DNA from: Candidatus Yanofskybacteria bacterium CG10_big_fil_rev_8_21_14_0_10_36_16 | GTDB taxonomy: Bacteria > Patescibacteriota > Minisyncoccia > 2-02-FULL-40-12 > IGHO2-01-FULL-4-A | Reading direction: 5' to 3' | NCBI GenBank assembly: GCA_002794035.1 | Contig: PCXQ01000005.1 | Location: forward strand, 83,669-147,668 | Length of the DNA: 64,000 nucleotides | Shown: in pieces, positions 19,277 through 28,585 of the stretch | How the letters are laid out: every line of letters starts with the position of its first letter | How positions within the stretch are numbered: the stretch's first letter is position 1 | Notes under the pieces: generated by a model | Databases searched by the model: none | What the model saw: the letters and a program-made list of their open reading frames with translations, nothing else | Told to the model about the DNA's origin: nothing | Made by a program: the position numbers and the translations under genes

Positions 19277-19903
19277 TTATAAAGCATCGCCTATCTCCTT
19301 AAGGTATCTCGCTTCATCCCAAGAATCTGGCCATTTTCCTATTCTCTGGCCATCTTTTACAAATACCTTAGTATGTTGATAAGCCACACCAAACTCACGA
19401 GCGAGATCTTTCTCTTTGCTGTCCGTTTCATTATCATTGTAATTCACCCTAAACCCAACAACATCGTCCCCAGTTAGTTTACTAAAAGCAGAGTACATCT
19501 TAGGAATTTCTTTCTTACAAGTTGGGCACCAATTAGCGTAAAAATATAAAACAACTAATTTTTCAGACTCCAAAGCTTTTTCATAATCTGCTTGATTGAA
19601 ATTAATCACCGGCGATGAACTTCCTCCCAAAACCTCTCCTGAAAATTCAACTTCCGTCATTCCATCTTCGTTCACTATCATCTCATCTACCCCCTCATAA
19701 CCTGGAGCGGGCACTTCCAGAGTAGTACCATTATCACCCTCTTGCCCTGAGCCTGCTTGTGGTGAGGAACCCGAATCCGCCGAAGGGTCCCGCATCTCAC
19801 CATTATCTTGTATGGCACCATCCTGGCTATTGCCCATAAAATAGTAGACAGAACCTGCCACTGCCACAATCACTAAAACTAAAATTATAGCTTTGTTATT
19901 CAT
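19277..19903 (-). CDS. Membrane-anchored thioredoxin
   Basis: FYANWCPTC; start MNNKAII; contains an in-frame repeat insertion. Confidence 0.85.
   Translation of the reverse strand: MNNKAIILVLVIVAVAGSVYYFMGNSQDGAIQDNGEMRDPSADSGSSPQAGSGQEGDNGTTLEVPAPGYEGVDEMIVNEDGMTEVEFSGEVLGGSSSPVINFNQADYEKALESEKLVVLYFYANWCPTCKKEIPKMYSAFSKLTGDDVVGFRVNYNDNETDSKEKDLAREFGVAYQHTKVFVKDGQRIGKWPDSWDEARYLKEIGDAL
19745..19787. repeat. In-frame CCCTGAGC...CGAAGGG-family palindrome with a nested CTCACCACAAG unit
   Basis: CCCTGAGCCTGCTTGTGGTGAGGAACCCGAATCCGCCGAAGGG encodes PSADSGSSPQAGSG. Confidence 0.6.
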
Positions 19904-20040
19904 CCTCACCCTCATTAAGAATAACTTATCGGCTGATCACAAGTTCAACCATCTAATTTATTCTTAAAAAATTAATTTATTAGTGTAATCCCCACTTTTG
20001 TTTTAAAAATCATTAAGACCAATTCTTAATGAGTGTGAGG
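19904..20040. mobile_element. MITE-like element, copy 2
   Basis: CCTCACCCTCATTAAGAAT...ATTCTTAATGAGTGTGAGG; ATTCAT on both sides (19898-19903 and 20041-20046). Confidence 0.78.
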
Positions 20041-20114
20041 ATTCATAATATATGTTTCATCATAATTTAAGGTTATGATGAAACATTAACCTTTATATAC
20101 AGTCTTACAAAAAC

Positions 20115-20140
20115 ACAATGTAAAGTCAACTTTACATTGT
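20115..20140. promoter_or_regulatory. Putative XRE operator upstream of the thioredoxin-ccdA-dipZ operon
   Basis: Perfect palindrome ACAATGTAAAG-TCAA-CTTTACATTGT. Confidence 0.6.
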
Positions 20141-20178
20141 GGATATCTACGATTTATTTATTAAATTTTTAGCAATAT

Positions 20179-20544
20179 CTATTTTTTTACCCTTCCATAT
20201 ATAACTCCTGCAATTTTTGCTGTCATCATAACTGCCAACACCATAAGCATCCAGTCTGATAATTGATGGCGCAAACTTTCAACAATAATCCCAACGATAA
20301 CTATGGCAGCGCCGGCCAAAAAACCCATCCTATCAGCCATCATCCTCAACATAGACTCTCTTTCATCTTTTGTGTTTTCTCTGAACATGAAAGAAACAAA
20401 AATTCCAAACAACAACACAACTCCGGTCACAAGCATCATTTCAGTCTTTGAAGGCATCAAAAAATCCATTGGGTTAATAAGAACAACCAACAATACGATT
20501 ATTATAATCGCGGTAATTATTTCAGATAAAAAATCTTTAAGCAT
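20179..20544 (-). CDS. 4-TM membrane protein coupled to the XRE regulator
   Basis: TM helices, DERE motif; overlaps the HTH gene. Confidence 0.7.
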   Translation of the reverse strand: MLKDFLSEIITAIIIIVLLVVLINPMDFLMPSKTEMMLVTGVVLLFGIFVSFMFRENTKDERESMLRMMADRMGFLAGAAIVIVGIIVESLRHQLSDWMLMVLAVMMTAKIAGVIYGRVKK

Positions 20545-20746
20545 TTTTTAAGAAAAAAACATCCTCTAGTCTCTCTTTGAATACTTTGGAAATCTTCAAA
20601 GAAAGCAAAACTGAAGGAGTGTAATTCCCCTTTTCAATTGCAATTATAGTCTGACGTGTTACGCCGACTTTTTGAGCTAGTTCTTCTTGGGTCATCTTTT
20701 TTTCTAGCCTTAATTCATGCACTCTATTTTCTATTTTATCATTCAT
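20537..20746 (-). CDS. XRE/Cro-family HTH regulator
   Basis: [28 protein letters not shown]. Confidence 0.92.
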   Translation of the reverse strand: MNDKIENRVHELRLEKKMTQEELAQKVGVTRQTIIAIEKGNYTPSVLLSLKISKVFKERLEDVFFLKNA

Positions 20747-20774
20747 TATTATTATATTAATCCCCTTTTAATAT

Positions 20775-20798
20775 AAATGTCAAATTGACTTTACATTT
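20775..20798. promoter_or_regulatory. Putative XRE autoregulatory operator
   Basis: AAATGTCAAA-TTGA-CTTTACATTT, same half-site as 20115. Confidence 0.55.
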
Positions 20799-20896
20799 TA
20801 TAATCAAAAAAAACCCGCCAAAATTTTGCTATACAAAACTTAAGCGGGCAAGCTTAACCCAACAAAAAAACACATTTAAAAACACGTTTTTGAAGG

Positions 20897-21229
20897 TTAT
20901 TTCTTTCTTTCAAAGAAGCTTAAAAGTCCAAAAAAACCGAAGAAGCCTAAAAATCCGGAACCAAAACTAGGAATTAAGCCTACCAGGCCAAAGAATCCCA
21001 AAAACCCTAATTTCCAAGTGTTGGCTGGAGCCCTTTTTTCTATAATAAGAATAATCTCATGAATAACCGCCATCGTAAAAGCCAACACGAATATTAACGC
21101 CAAGATAAAAAATACCGGCTCTTCAGTGCCGGAAAAAGCATAAACAGCATTATGCAACACAGCAGACAACACAGCTAATCCAAAAAGGGTATATATTTTT
21201 GTAACATGATCTAGTTTAATCTTAAACAT
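20897..21229 (-). CDS. Hypothetical membrane protein
   Basis: TM helices, repeated GFLGFFG. Confidence 0.65.
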   Translation of the reverse strand: MFKIKLDHVTKIYTLFGLAVLSAVLHNAVYAFSGTEEPVFFILALIFVLAFTMAVIHEIILIIEKRAPANTWKLGFLGFFGLVGLIPSFGSGFLGFFGFFGLLSFFERKK

Positions 21230-21345
21230 ATTTGAAATCTTATACTTATATTCTACTAGAAAACTTTAAAACTAAAAAGTGAACATTTCATGAAAAAACT
21301 CATATATAAAAACTCGGAATAAATTCCGAGTTTTAAAATTTAAAA

Positions 21346-24300
21346 TTAAAATATTGAAATAAATCGATTGAACGATTCGTCCGATATTCCCTTCGCGTGC
21401 AAATGAACTGATATTCTACCATTGTCTAAAAAAGAAAAAAGGCCAATTTTCATACCACTCGAAAGTGGATGAAAAGAATTGATACCCCACAAAGGTCTTG
21501 GTATTGATGCTACGGCTATAGACTTAGCGGAATTTACACTGACACTACCCAATGGTCCACTAGAAAATAAATGACCAGAATCAATACCTTTAAAAAATAA
21601 TGGATCATTTTTTTCTACGCAATCTAGCACTTTATCAAAGTGTACGGAATTTTTAACAAACCAATTAATTTTTTCAGAAATCTGATGAGAAACCTCATCC
21701 TGATCACTTTCTCTAGACAAATCTACAACAAACATAAAATGATCATTAGCTTGTGCAACTAAATTTCTCAGATAATTAAAGGAAAGCGCTGGATAATTTC
21801 TTCCTGGCGTTCCAATTCTCAATGGTATTTTGGAAAATCCAGTCCATTTGTGTAAGGCAATGGCATACTTAGCCAATAAATCATACACTGAAATATCGGC
21901 AGGTAGTAATTCTTTCAAAAAAGACTGGGTCATATTACCCTCACATTCAAAATTAGAAGATTTTTTAATTTTTGTTTTAATCTCATCTACCACAACATAG
22001 TATTCCTTAATTAGAACTTTTATGTAATTTAAAATTTCTTCTGGATAATAAATTGATTCCAAGTCTTGATTTAAGTCCTCCGAGGTAAATAATTTTTTAG
22101 GCAACAATGCATCGTTTTTTTGACTAAAAGATTCATACAATCTTATTAACTCAGAGGCCAGCAAATCCCCGCTAACCAAATCTACCAAAAGGTGGCTAAG
22201 TTGCCAAACAAAATCATAAGAATTATGGCCCCTCTTAATGAGGACCCATCTAAACATTGGGTATTTACCTATTTCAAATGGTAAAAAAGCCAGTTGGCTC
22301 GTAGCATAACCTGAATTAATATCCAAATCTAAATCAGATAAATCCATATACGGTATTCTGGTACTAATAAGATCGAAAAAATTCACAACAATCTTACCTT
22401 CTTTAATCAACAAAGAAGATCTTAAAGCATCATGCCTGCTAATCAAAACACGAAGTGCTTGAGATAATGCTATTTCATCAACCTCCTCATTGAATCTAAT
22501 CTGAACATATGTATGGTCAAACTGTGCCTTGTTGATTTTTTTTATTCTTCTTTTTTGACTGATTGTTAAATCTGCAATTTTAGACCCCCTTAAGTTATCA
22601 GTTTTTAAATAATTTGAACTAAAAATAATTTCCCGTATATCGCTAATGGGAAATGCTCCACAAACAATATTGTCCCTCTGATAATAATAGCAAGTAAAAT
22701 TATCATTCTCTGCATCAATTAATTTAACCGTTTGTCCTATGGTTACATCAGAAGATATTGAAGGAATTCTAACACCAAACAGTTCTTCAATTCTAAAAAG
22801 CATATCTATGAAATTAAGAGAATCTCCACCAGCATCCGAAAAAGAAGTATTACTATCAATTTCATGAATACCGAGTATGTCTTTCCAGATATTGGCAATC
22901 TTAACACTAGTTGTCGCTTCGCTGTCATTAATTCTAAGCGGTGTGTTCTCTGTTTTAATCCATACAGAGCTTGCTATTTTTTTACGATCTATTTTCTCCG
23001 AAACCAAAACTGGGATTTTTGTTTCTATGAACATTTTGGGAATAAGATAATCTGGTACTTTATACTCCAAAAACTTTTTTAAATCCCCAATAGATACGTC
23101 GTCTTCTTTTTCAATTAAACAAATTAAAAAATCAGATCCATTGTGTACAGCTTTAAAAGCAACCGCTCTAATTATGCCGGAGTACATAAGAACAAATTTT
23201 TCTACTTCTTCTGGGTCTATCCGTAAGCCATTAATTTTAAACATAAGGTCATAACGACCACAAACAATCAAGTCACCGTTTCCATCTATAAAACCGCTGT
23301 CACCAGTTTTAAACAAATTATCCTTACCCAACAAACGAGGCCCAACAACTACGCCTTTCTTAATATAACCAGAAAAAAGGCCTTGCCCACCAACAAACAC
23401 AGCCCCTTCTTCGCTTTGTGAGCACTCACTTTTTTTATTTTTTTTATCAACAGATAGAATCTTAACCACATTTCCAGGAGTAGCCTTGCCCACAGGCAAA
23501 AAAGCGTTGTCTGAAAAATGTTCATCGCCTCGAACTTCATAAGAAGAAAAGGAGAAAGCCTCTGTTAATCCATAGGTGTTAAAAATTCTAACGGATTTAA
23601 AATGTTTTTTAAATTCTAAAACCGATCTACAATCAGCAGGCTCGCCCGACAATATAACAGCTTTTAAACTGCTAAACATATCTGGCTCTCTTATTGCTAC
23701 ACCAGACAATCTTCTAAACAAAGACGGAACCAGTTTCAAGCATGTTATTTTATACTCTTCAAAAAAGCGGCTTAACTTATTTAGATCAGACAACCATTGA
23801 AAATCAGGAATTATAACGGTCCCACCCCTTAAAAGAGGTACGAATATTGTAGTCATCGACAAAGAGAAAGATAAGGATGACAAGAGTACCATTCTTTCTC
23901 TTTTATTCCCAAGGGTGTTAAGCCAGGTTTTTACATGATTTAATATAACACCGTGTGACAAAGCCACAGCCTTTGGTTTACCCGTTGAACCAGAAGTAAA
24001 TATAACCGTTGCGATAGTACCCTCATCGTTACTTGCCTTGGGTTTTACTACCGCATCATTAATCAAACCGTTTTTGTTAATTACTATTATTCTAGTTTTT
24101 TTAACAATTTCACTACTATTTAATTTGCTATAACCATCTTCATCTGTAATTATCACTTTACAACCAGTGTGTCTTATTACCTGCCTTAATCTGTTTGATG
24201 GAATGCTCGTGCTAACAGGTACATACCCCCTGCCAACACCTAGACAACCAAACATTGTTGCTATGTATTCAGGACATTCTCTCATATATATAGCTACTAA

Positions 24301-24459
24301 ATTGTTATCATTTGCTTCAGATAATTCTTTCCCTATTACACAAGACATGTGCCATAATTCTCTATAACTTATATTTTTTGATCCATGAATAATAGCTAAA
24401 TCATTAGGGTATTTATTAGCGATTGACTCAAATACTGAGTAAACATCTTCGGGGTTCAT
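21346..24459 (-). CDS. Stand-alone NRPS-like protein (adenylation - carrier - condensation)
   Basis: FTSGSTGKPKA, NTYGLTE, FKTGD, GRYDLMFKINGLRI; PCP FSDAGGDSL; C-domain RHDALRS and SHLLVDLVS; SD AAGGAGA. Confidence 0.85.
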   Translation of the reverse strand: MNPEDVYSVFESIANKYPNDLAIIHGSKNISYRELWHMSCVIGKELSEANDNNLVAIYMRECPEYIATMFGCLGVGRGYVPVSTSIPSNRLRQVIRHTGCKVIITDEDGYSKLNSSEIVKKTRIIVINKNGLINDAVVKPKASNDEGTIATVIFTSGSTGKPKAVALSHGVILNHVKTWLNTLGNKRERMVLLSSLSFSLSMTTIFVPLLRGGTVIIPDFQWLSDLNKLSRFFEEYKITCLKLVPSLFRRLSGVAIREPDMFSSLKAVILSGEPADCRSVLEFKKHFKSVRIFNTYGLTEAFSFSSYEVRGDEHFSDNAFLPVGKATPGNVVKILSVDKKNKKSECSQSEEGAVFVGGQGLFSGYIKKGVVVGPRLLGKDNLFKTGDSGFIDGNGDLIVCGRYDLMFKINGLRIDPEEVEKFVLMYSGIIRAVAFKAVHNGSDFLICLIEKEDDVSIGDLKKFLEYKVPDYLIPKMFIETKIPVLVSEKIDRKKIASSVWIKTENTPLRINDSEATTSVKIANIWKDILGIHEIDSNTSFSDAGGDSLNFIDMLFRIEELFGVRIPSISSDVTIGQTVKLIDAENDNFTCYYYQRDNIVCGAFPISDIREIIFSSNYLKTDNLRGSKIADLTISQKRRIKKINKAQFDHTYVQIRFNEEVDEIALSQALRVLISRHDALRSSLLIKEGKIVVNFFDLISTRIPYMDLSDLDLDINSGYATSQLAFLPFEIGKYPMFRWVLIKRGHNSYDFVWQLSHLLVDLVSGDLLASELIRLYESFSQKNDALLPKKLFTSEDLNQDLESIYYPEEILNYIKVLIKEYYVVVDEIKTKIKKSSNFECEGNMTQSFLKELLPADISVYDLLAKYAIALHKWTGFSKIPLRIGTPGRNYPALSFNYLRNLVAQANDHFMFVVDLSRESDQDEVSHQISEKINWFVKNSVHFDKVLDCVEKNDPLFFKGIDSGHLFSSGPLGSVSVNSAKSIAVASIPRPLWGINSFHPLSSGMKIGLFSFLDNGRISVHLHAKGISDESFNRFISIF

Positions 24460-24606
24460 CTTTGTCTCCTTTTTATTTTTAAAACAACTTGCAAATACAA
24501 GACAATGTTTGCATTCAAAATAAATACCATATTATATAACATAAGTCAATAAAACGGAAACCGTATAACACTCGGCAAAAAAACCCTCCTTACTTTAAAA
24601 ACAAAG

Positions 24607-25188
24607 TCAATCAATAAAAAGACCGCCTGAATAAAATTTATCAGACGGCAGAAAATTAGCATACAAGCGAACTAAACGCGCCCTAATAATAAGTCGCCGG
24701 TCACGTGAGAAAGGCGGATGACAGGTAAAAATAGTCAGAATAGAAACATTCCTATTAGTCGTATATATAATGTTATATCCTTTCACTGGGTCTACATCAA
24801 ACATGTCATAAACCCGATAACTGATAATAGCCCCGTCATTTCGTTTAATTACTATCTCGTCACCTATGTTCAAATCTTCAGCTCTAAAAAAACGCTTATC
24901 TTTCAAAACTCGGTGAACCGCAAGCACTGAATTACCGGATTCTCCAAACTTGGGAGTGCCGGCCCAATGTGCCATCCCTCTCATGTCTATAATTGACTGA
25001 TCAACCCCCTCTCTTATTGTTCCTCTAAAATTTATAGAAGAAATAGTAACCACACCCAAAACATCCCCGGATTTTTGTGTAGGATCTGATATTTTAAGTT
25101 GCCCATAACTTCTTAACGGCATTAAAAAAAACAGAATCATTGTTTGCAACAAAAATATATCCACCAACAAAACAAATTTATTTTTCAA
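24607..25188 (-). CDS. Sortase (class D/E-like)
   Basis: GNSVLAVHR, LTIFTCHP, RLIIRA; TTG start after GGAGGTG. Confidence 0.85.
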   Translation of the reverse strand: MKNKFVLLVDIFLLQTMILFFLMPLRSYGQLKISDPTQKSGDVLGVVTISSINFRGTIREGVDQSIIDMRGMAHWAGTPKFGESGNSVLAVHRVLKDKRFFRAEDLNIGDEIVIKRNDGAIISYRVYDMFDVDPVKGYNIIYTTNRNVSILTIFTCHPPFSRDRRLIIRARLVRLYANFLPSDKFYSGGLFID

Positions 25189-25437
25189 AGTACACCTCCC
25201 TAATCTTATATTTATTAGACTATCCCATTTTTTAAACAATAAGTCAATAAAAATACCCTCCTCTAAAAATCAACTGCTAAGCAACCAACAGCCCACCAAT
25301 ACAGGGTTAAGAGTTTTTCAAATTTCTAGCACATTCGCACTGCACGTTCGGCCTGCCAACCTCAGTATTCATTCACTCTCATTCACTCACTCTACTCAGT
25401 ACTTCCTCGCTCAACGCTCGGTCGCTCCTAAAATCAA

Positions 25438-25464
25438 ATGGTCCCGCCTAGGCGGGACCATTTT
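25438..25464. terminator. Hairpin terminator
   Basis: AATGGTCCCGCC-TA-GGCGGGACCATTT. Confidence 0.65.
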
Positions 25465-25484
25465 TAAAAATGTTAATTATATTA

Positions 25485-25700
25485 TTATAATTTTTCTATC
25501 TCCTTTAAATCCTTATCTGGTAGCCACAGAATAAACAGTCCAAGAACAATGCCGCCTATGGCAGTCCAGGCGTGACCACCGTTAAAAAGCCAAACATCTA
25601 TCCAATCAAGCACATACCAAATACCACGCCAAATTAAGACAAGGCCTAAAACTATTGATATGTTTCGTGAAAGAGTTCGTAATGTTATTTTATTTTTCAT
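25485..25700 (-). CDS. Small 2-TM hypothetical protein
   Basis: VLIWRGIWYVLD motif. Confidence 0.7.
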   Translation of the reverse strand: MKNKITLRTLSRNISIVLGLVLIWRGIWYVLDWIDVWLFNGGHAWTAIGGIVLGLFILWLPDKDLKEIEKL

Positions 25701-25797
25701 ACAAATATTTTATCACACAAAATTTAGTATATCCTGCCCCCTACGAATTTTTTAATTAATTATCCTTATAATTTATTAATAAAATTAAAATTATTTT

Positions 25798-26754
25798 CTA
25801 CTCCGCTAAACCATTGAGAATTTTTTGAACTGCCTTTATGCTGTCCATATCATAAATAGAAATGGCCAGAACTTTTTTGTTCACTTTTTTTAAAATTTTA
25901 ATCTTTTTTTCAAGCTCCTCTGGTGAAACCTCGTCGCTTTTACTTATGAAAAGGTGTTCCGGTTTTTTAAGAAGTTCTTCACTATATTCTCCGAGCTCTT
26001 TTCTGATTGTTTTGTAATCCAACATTAAATCTTCAGATTGAGCCGAAACAAAATGGAATAATATTTTCGTTCGCTCAATATGCCTTAAAAATTTAATGCC
26101 AAGTCCTTTACCAGAAGATGCTCCTTCAATAAGACCCGGAATATCTGCAAGCATCATCCCATAATACACTCCCAGATTGGGTTCAAGTGTAGTGAATTGA
26201 TAATTAGCAACCTTGCTTTTTGCATTAGTTAATTCGTTCAACAAACTAGATTTACCCACATTGGGCAAGCCAACAAACCCAATATCTGCAATGAGCTTAA
26301 GCTCTAAACGCAATGTAAATTTTTCCCCCGGCAAACCTTCTTGAAATCTAGTAGGGCTTGTATTGTGTGGCCCTCGAAAAAGAAAATTACCTTTTCCGCC
26401 ATGACCGCCTTTTGCCACTAAAACACGTTGGTCAACTTTTGTAATTTCTTCATCTACACCCGTATCAAGATTATGTATAACCGTTCCAACTGGCACCTTT
26501 ATTATTAAATCATCTCCTTTGTTGCCATCGTTATATTGAGCCTTGCCGTTTTGGCCATCAGCCGCTTTGAGTTCTTTTTTAAAGCGCATCTGATTAAGCA
26601 AATCCAAATTGGAAGCACCGTCGAGGTACACACTTCCGCCGTTACCACCTCTGCCACCGGTTGGTCCAAGACTCATCTTGTTTGAATTAAAAGCAACCTT
26701 GCCACGACCTCCGTTGCCGGCGATTACCTCAATTGTAACGTCATCAATAAGCAT
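25798..26754 (-). CDS. obg: Obg GTPase
   Basis: Gly-rich N domain, GLPNVGKS, YQFTTLEP, DIPGLIEGA. Confidence 0.95.
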   Translation of the reverse strand: MLIDDVTIEVIAGNGGRGKVAFNSNKMSLGPTGGRGGNGGSVYLDGASNLDLLNQMRFKKELKAADGQNGKAQYNDGNKGDDLIIKVPVGTVIHNLDTGVDEEITKVDQRVLVAKGGHGGKGNFLFRGPHNTSPTRFQEGLPGEKFTLRLELKLIADIGFVGLPNVGKSSLLNELTNAKSKVANYQFTTLEPNLGVYYGMMLADIPGLIEGASSGKGLGIKFLRHIERTKILFHFVSAQSEDLMLDYKTIRKELGEYSEELLKKPEHLFISKSDEVSPEELEKKIKILKKVNKKVLAISIYDMDSIKAVQKILNGLAE

Positions 26755-26769
26755 CGAAAATTATAATTA

Positions 26770-27963
26770 TTATACAAATGTTAGAGCTATTCCTTTTTTA
26801 TTAGCTCTTCCAGTTCTGCCGATTCTATGAATATAATCATCATAGCTCTCTGGAATCTCATAATTTATTACATGAGTAATGTTTGATATATCTAATCCGC
26901 GAGCGACCACATCCGTAGCAACCAAAATTTGAAGCTGGTTATTTCTGAAAAGATTGAGGGCATTTTGCCTCTGAGATTGATTTTTGTTCCCGTGAATAGA
27001 TCTAGCCTTAAATCCCCTGTCAGACAAATCTCTAGAGAGTCTTTCAACGCCTTGTTTAGTTCTTCCAAAAATTAAAACCTTACTAAACTCCGGCTTAATA
27101 AGCATATCGTGAAGCACCTCTATTTTCGCCTTACCCCCTGTTTTTATTACATCCTGATCAACATTTTCAGCTGTCTCCCTAGTTTTTACAGAAATAATAA
27201 CTGGGTTGCGCAAAAACTCGTCGATCATTTTATAAATCTCCTTAGAAATAGTAGCAGAAAAGAAAAGCGAATGACGCATTTTCGGCAAACCAAGCATTAA
27301 AAATTTTACATCTCTTATAAAGCCCATATCAAACATCCTATCTACTTCATCCAGAACAACAGAATTAAATTCTTCTAAACGAATAACTTTCCTTTGAATA
27401 AGATCTTTTAATCTTCCGGGCGTTCCAATAACAAAATTATGATTCCTTCTTAGTTTGGCGATCTGCTGACCGATGTTCGCCCCACCAACACAACACACCG
27501 AATATGTTTGCATTCTCAATGCCAGACTTCTAAGCTCATCGTCAATTTGTATTGCCAGTTCCCTAGTGGGTACAACAATCAAGACTTTCTCTTTTGGATT
27601 TTTTAATATTTTTTGAAACAAAGGAATCAAAAATGCTCCAGTTTTTCCGGTTCCAGTATTAGCAACTCCAACGACATCTGCCCCCTTCAAAACATGAGGA
27701 ATGACTTTGTCTTGAATTGGCGTTGGAGATAAATAGCCCCTTAAAGAAATGTTATCCTTCAATATCTGCTCAATAGCAAAATCATTGAACGAATGTTCAG
27801 AAACAAATTGTTCATTAGGTTCCAAAGGCTTGACCTTATTAATGAAGCGCGCGATATTTATGTTAGATTTTTTACGGACTCTTTTAAAAGGAGTTCGAAA
27901 AGAAGACCGCTTTCGAAAACCAGAATTAGCTTTCGGCTGTCTAGAAAAATTACGTAATGTCAT
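26770..27963 (-). CDS. DEAD/DEAH-box RNA helicase
   Basis: TGTGKT, PTRELA, DEVD, SAT, HRIGRTGR. Confidence 0.93.
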   Translation of the reverse strand: MTLRNFSRQPKANSGFRKRSSFRTPFKRVRKKSNINIARFINKVKPLEPNEQFVSEHSFNDFAIEQILKDNISLRGYLSPTPIQDKVIPHVLKGADVVGVANTGTGKTGAFLIPLFQKILKNPKEKVLIVVPTRELAIQIDDELRSLALRMQTYSVCCVGGANIGQQIAKLRRNHNFVIGTPGRLKDLIQRKVIRLEEFNSVVLDEVDRMFDMGFIRDVKFLMLGLPKMRHSLFFSATISKEIYKMIDEFLRNPVIISVKTRETAENVDQDVIKTGGKAKIEVLHDMLIKPEFSKVLIFGRTKQGVERLSRDLSDRGFKARSIHGNKNQSQRQNALNLFRNNQLQILVATDVVARGLDISNITHVINYEIPESYDDYIHRIGRTGRANKKGIALTFV

Positions 27964-28183
27964 ATTGTTTTATTTAAAAACCCCTTCGCGCGAAGGGGTT
28001 TTCATAAAGCACCAGCGAGAAGATTGGTTAATATCTATATATTATCTTAATACTATTCTATATCGGTCCATTTGTCAATAGGATAACTTTTAAAAAATAT
28101 GACGTACCTCGTGTAGAGCTGCCGGCATTGGGACAAGTCAGAACCCTTTCTTATCAAACAAAGCTATACATAGAGTCAATTTT

Positions 28184-28579
28184 TTAATTGAAATCAATAG
28201 AAAAATTATACATTCCCATACTACAAAGTCCTTTTATTGATTGTCCTGCTTTGGGCATTCCTAAATCAATAATCTCTTCTCCGGTTGGGGCTAATATTTT
28301 TTGAAAACCAACTGAACGAATTACAAGCGATGATGAACAATCATAAGTGCTGTCTGTTTTAACGATAAGTTTTGTGGGAATTCCGGCTTTTGCCGTAGAT
28401 ACCCTTGGCGAATATCCTCCTTTCGCATTTACTGTAATGTATTGAACTCCGTCTATTATCTCATTGTTCTGAACAGTGTCGCTTGTCGCGCTGTTTTCTG
28501 ATTTTGAACCACCAAGAAAAATAATGCCAATGCTTATGACAAGTGCGGTCGTAATAATAATTGAGGCTATTTTATTCAT
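28184..28579 (-). CDS. Cupredoxin-like domain protein
   Basis: KGGYSP, YDCS, CSMGMY. Confidence 0.8.
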   Translation of the reverse strand: MNKIASIIITTALVISIGIIFLGGSKSENSATSDTVQNNEIIDGVQYITVNAKGGYSPRVSTAKAGIPTKLIVKTDSTYDCSSSLVIRSVGFQKILAPTGEEIIDLGMPKAGQSIKGLCSMGMYNFSIDFN

Positions 28580-28585
28580 AAATGA

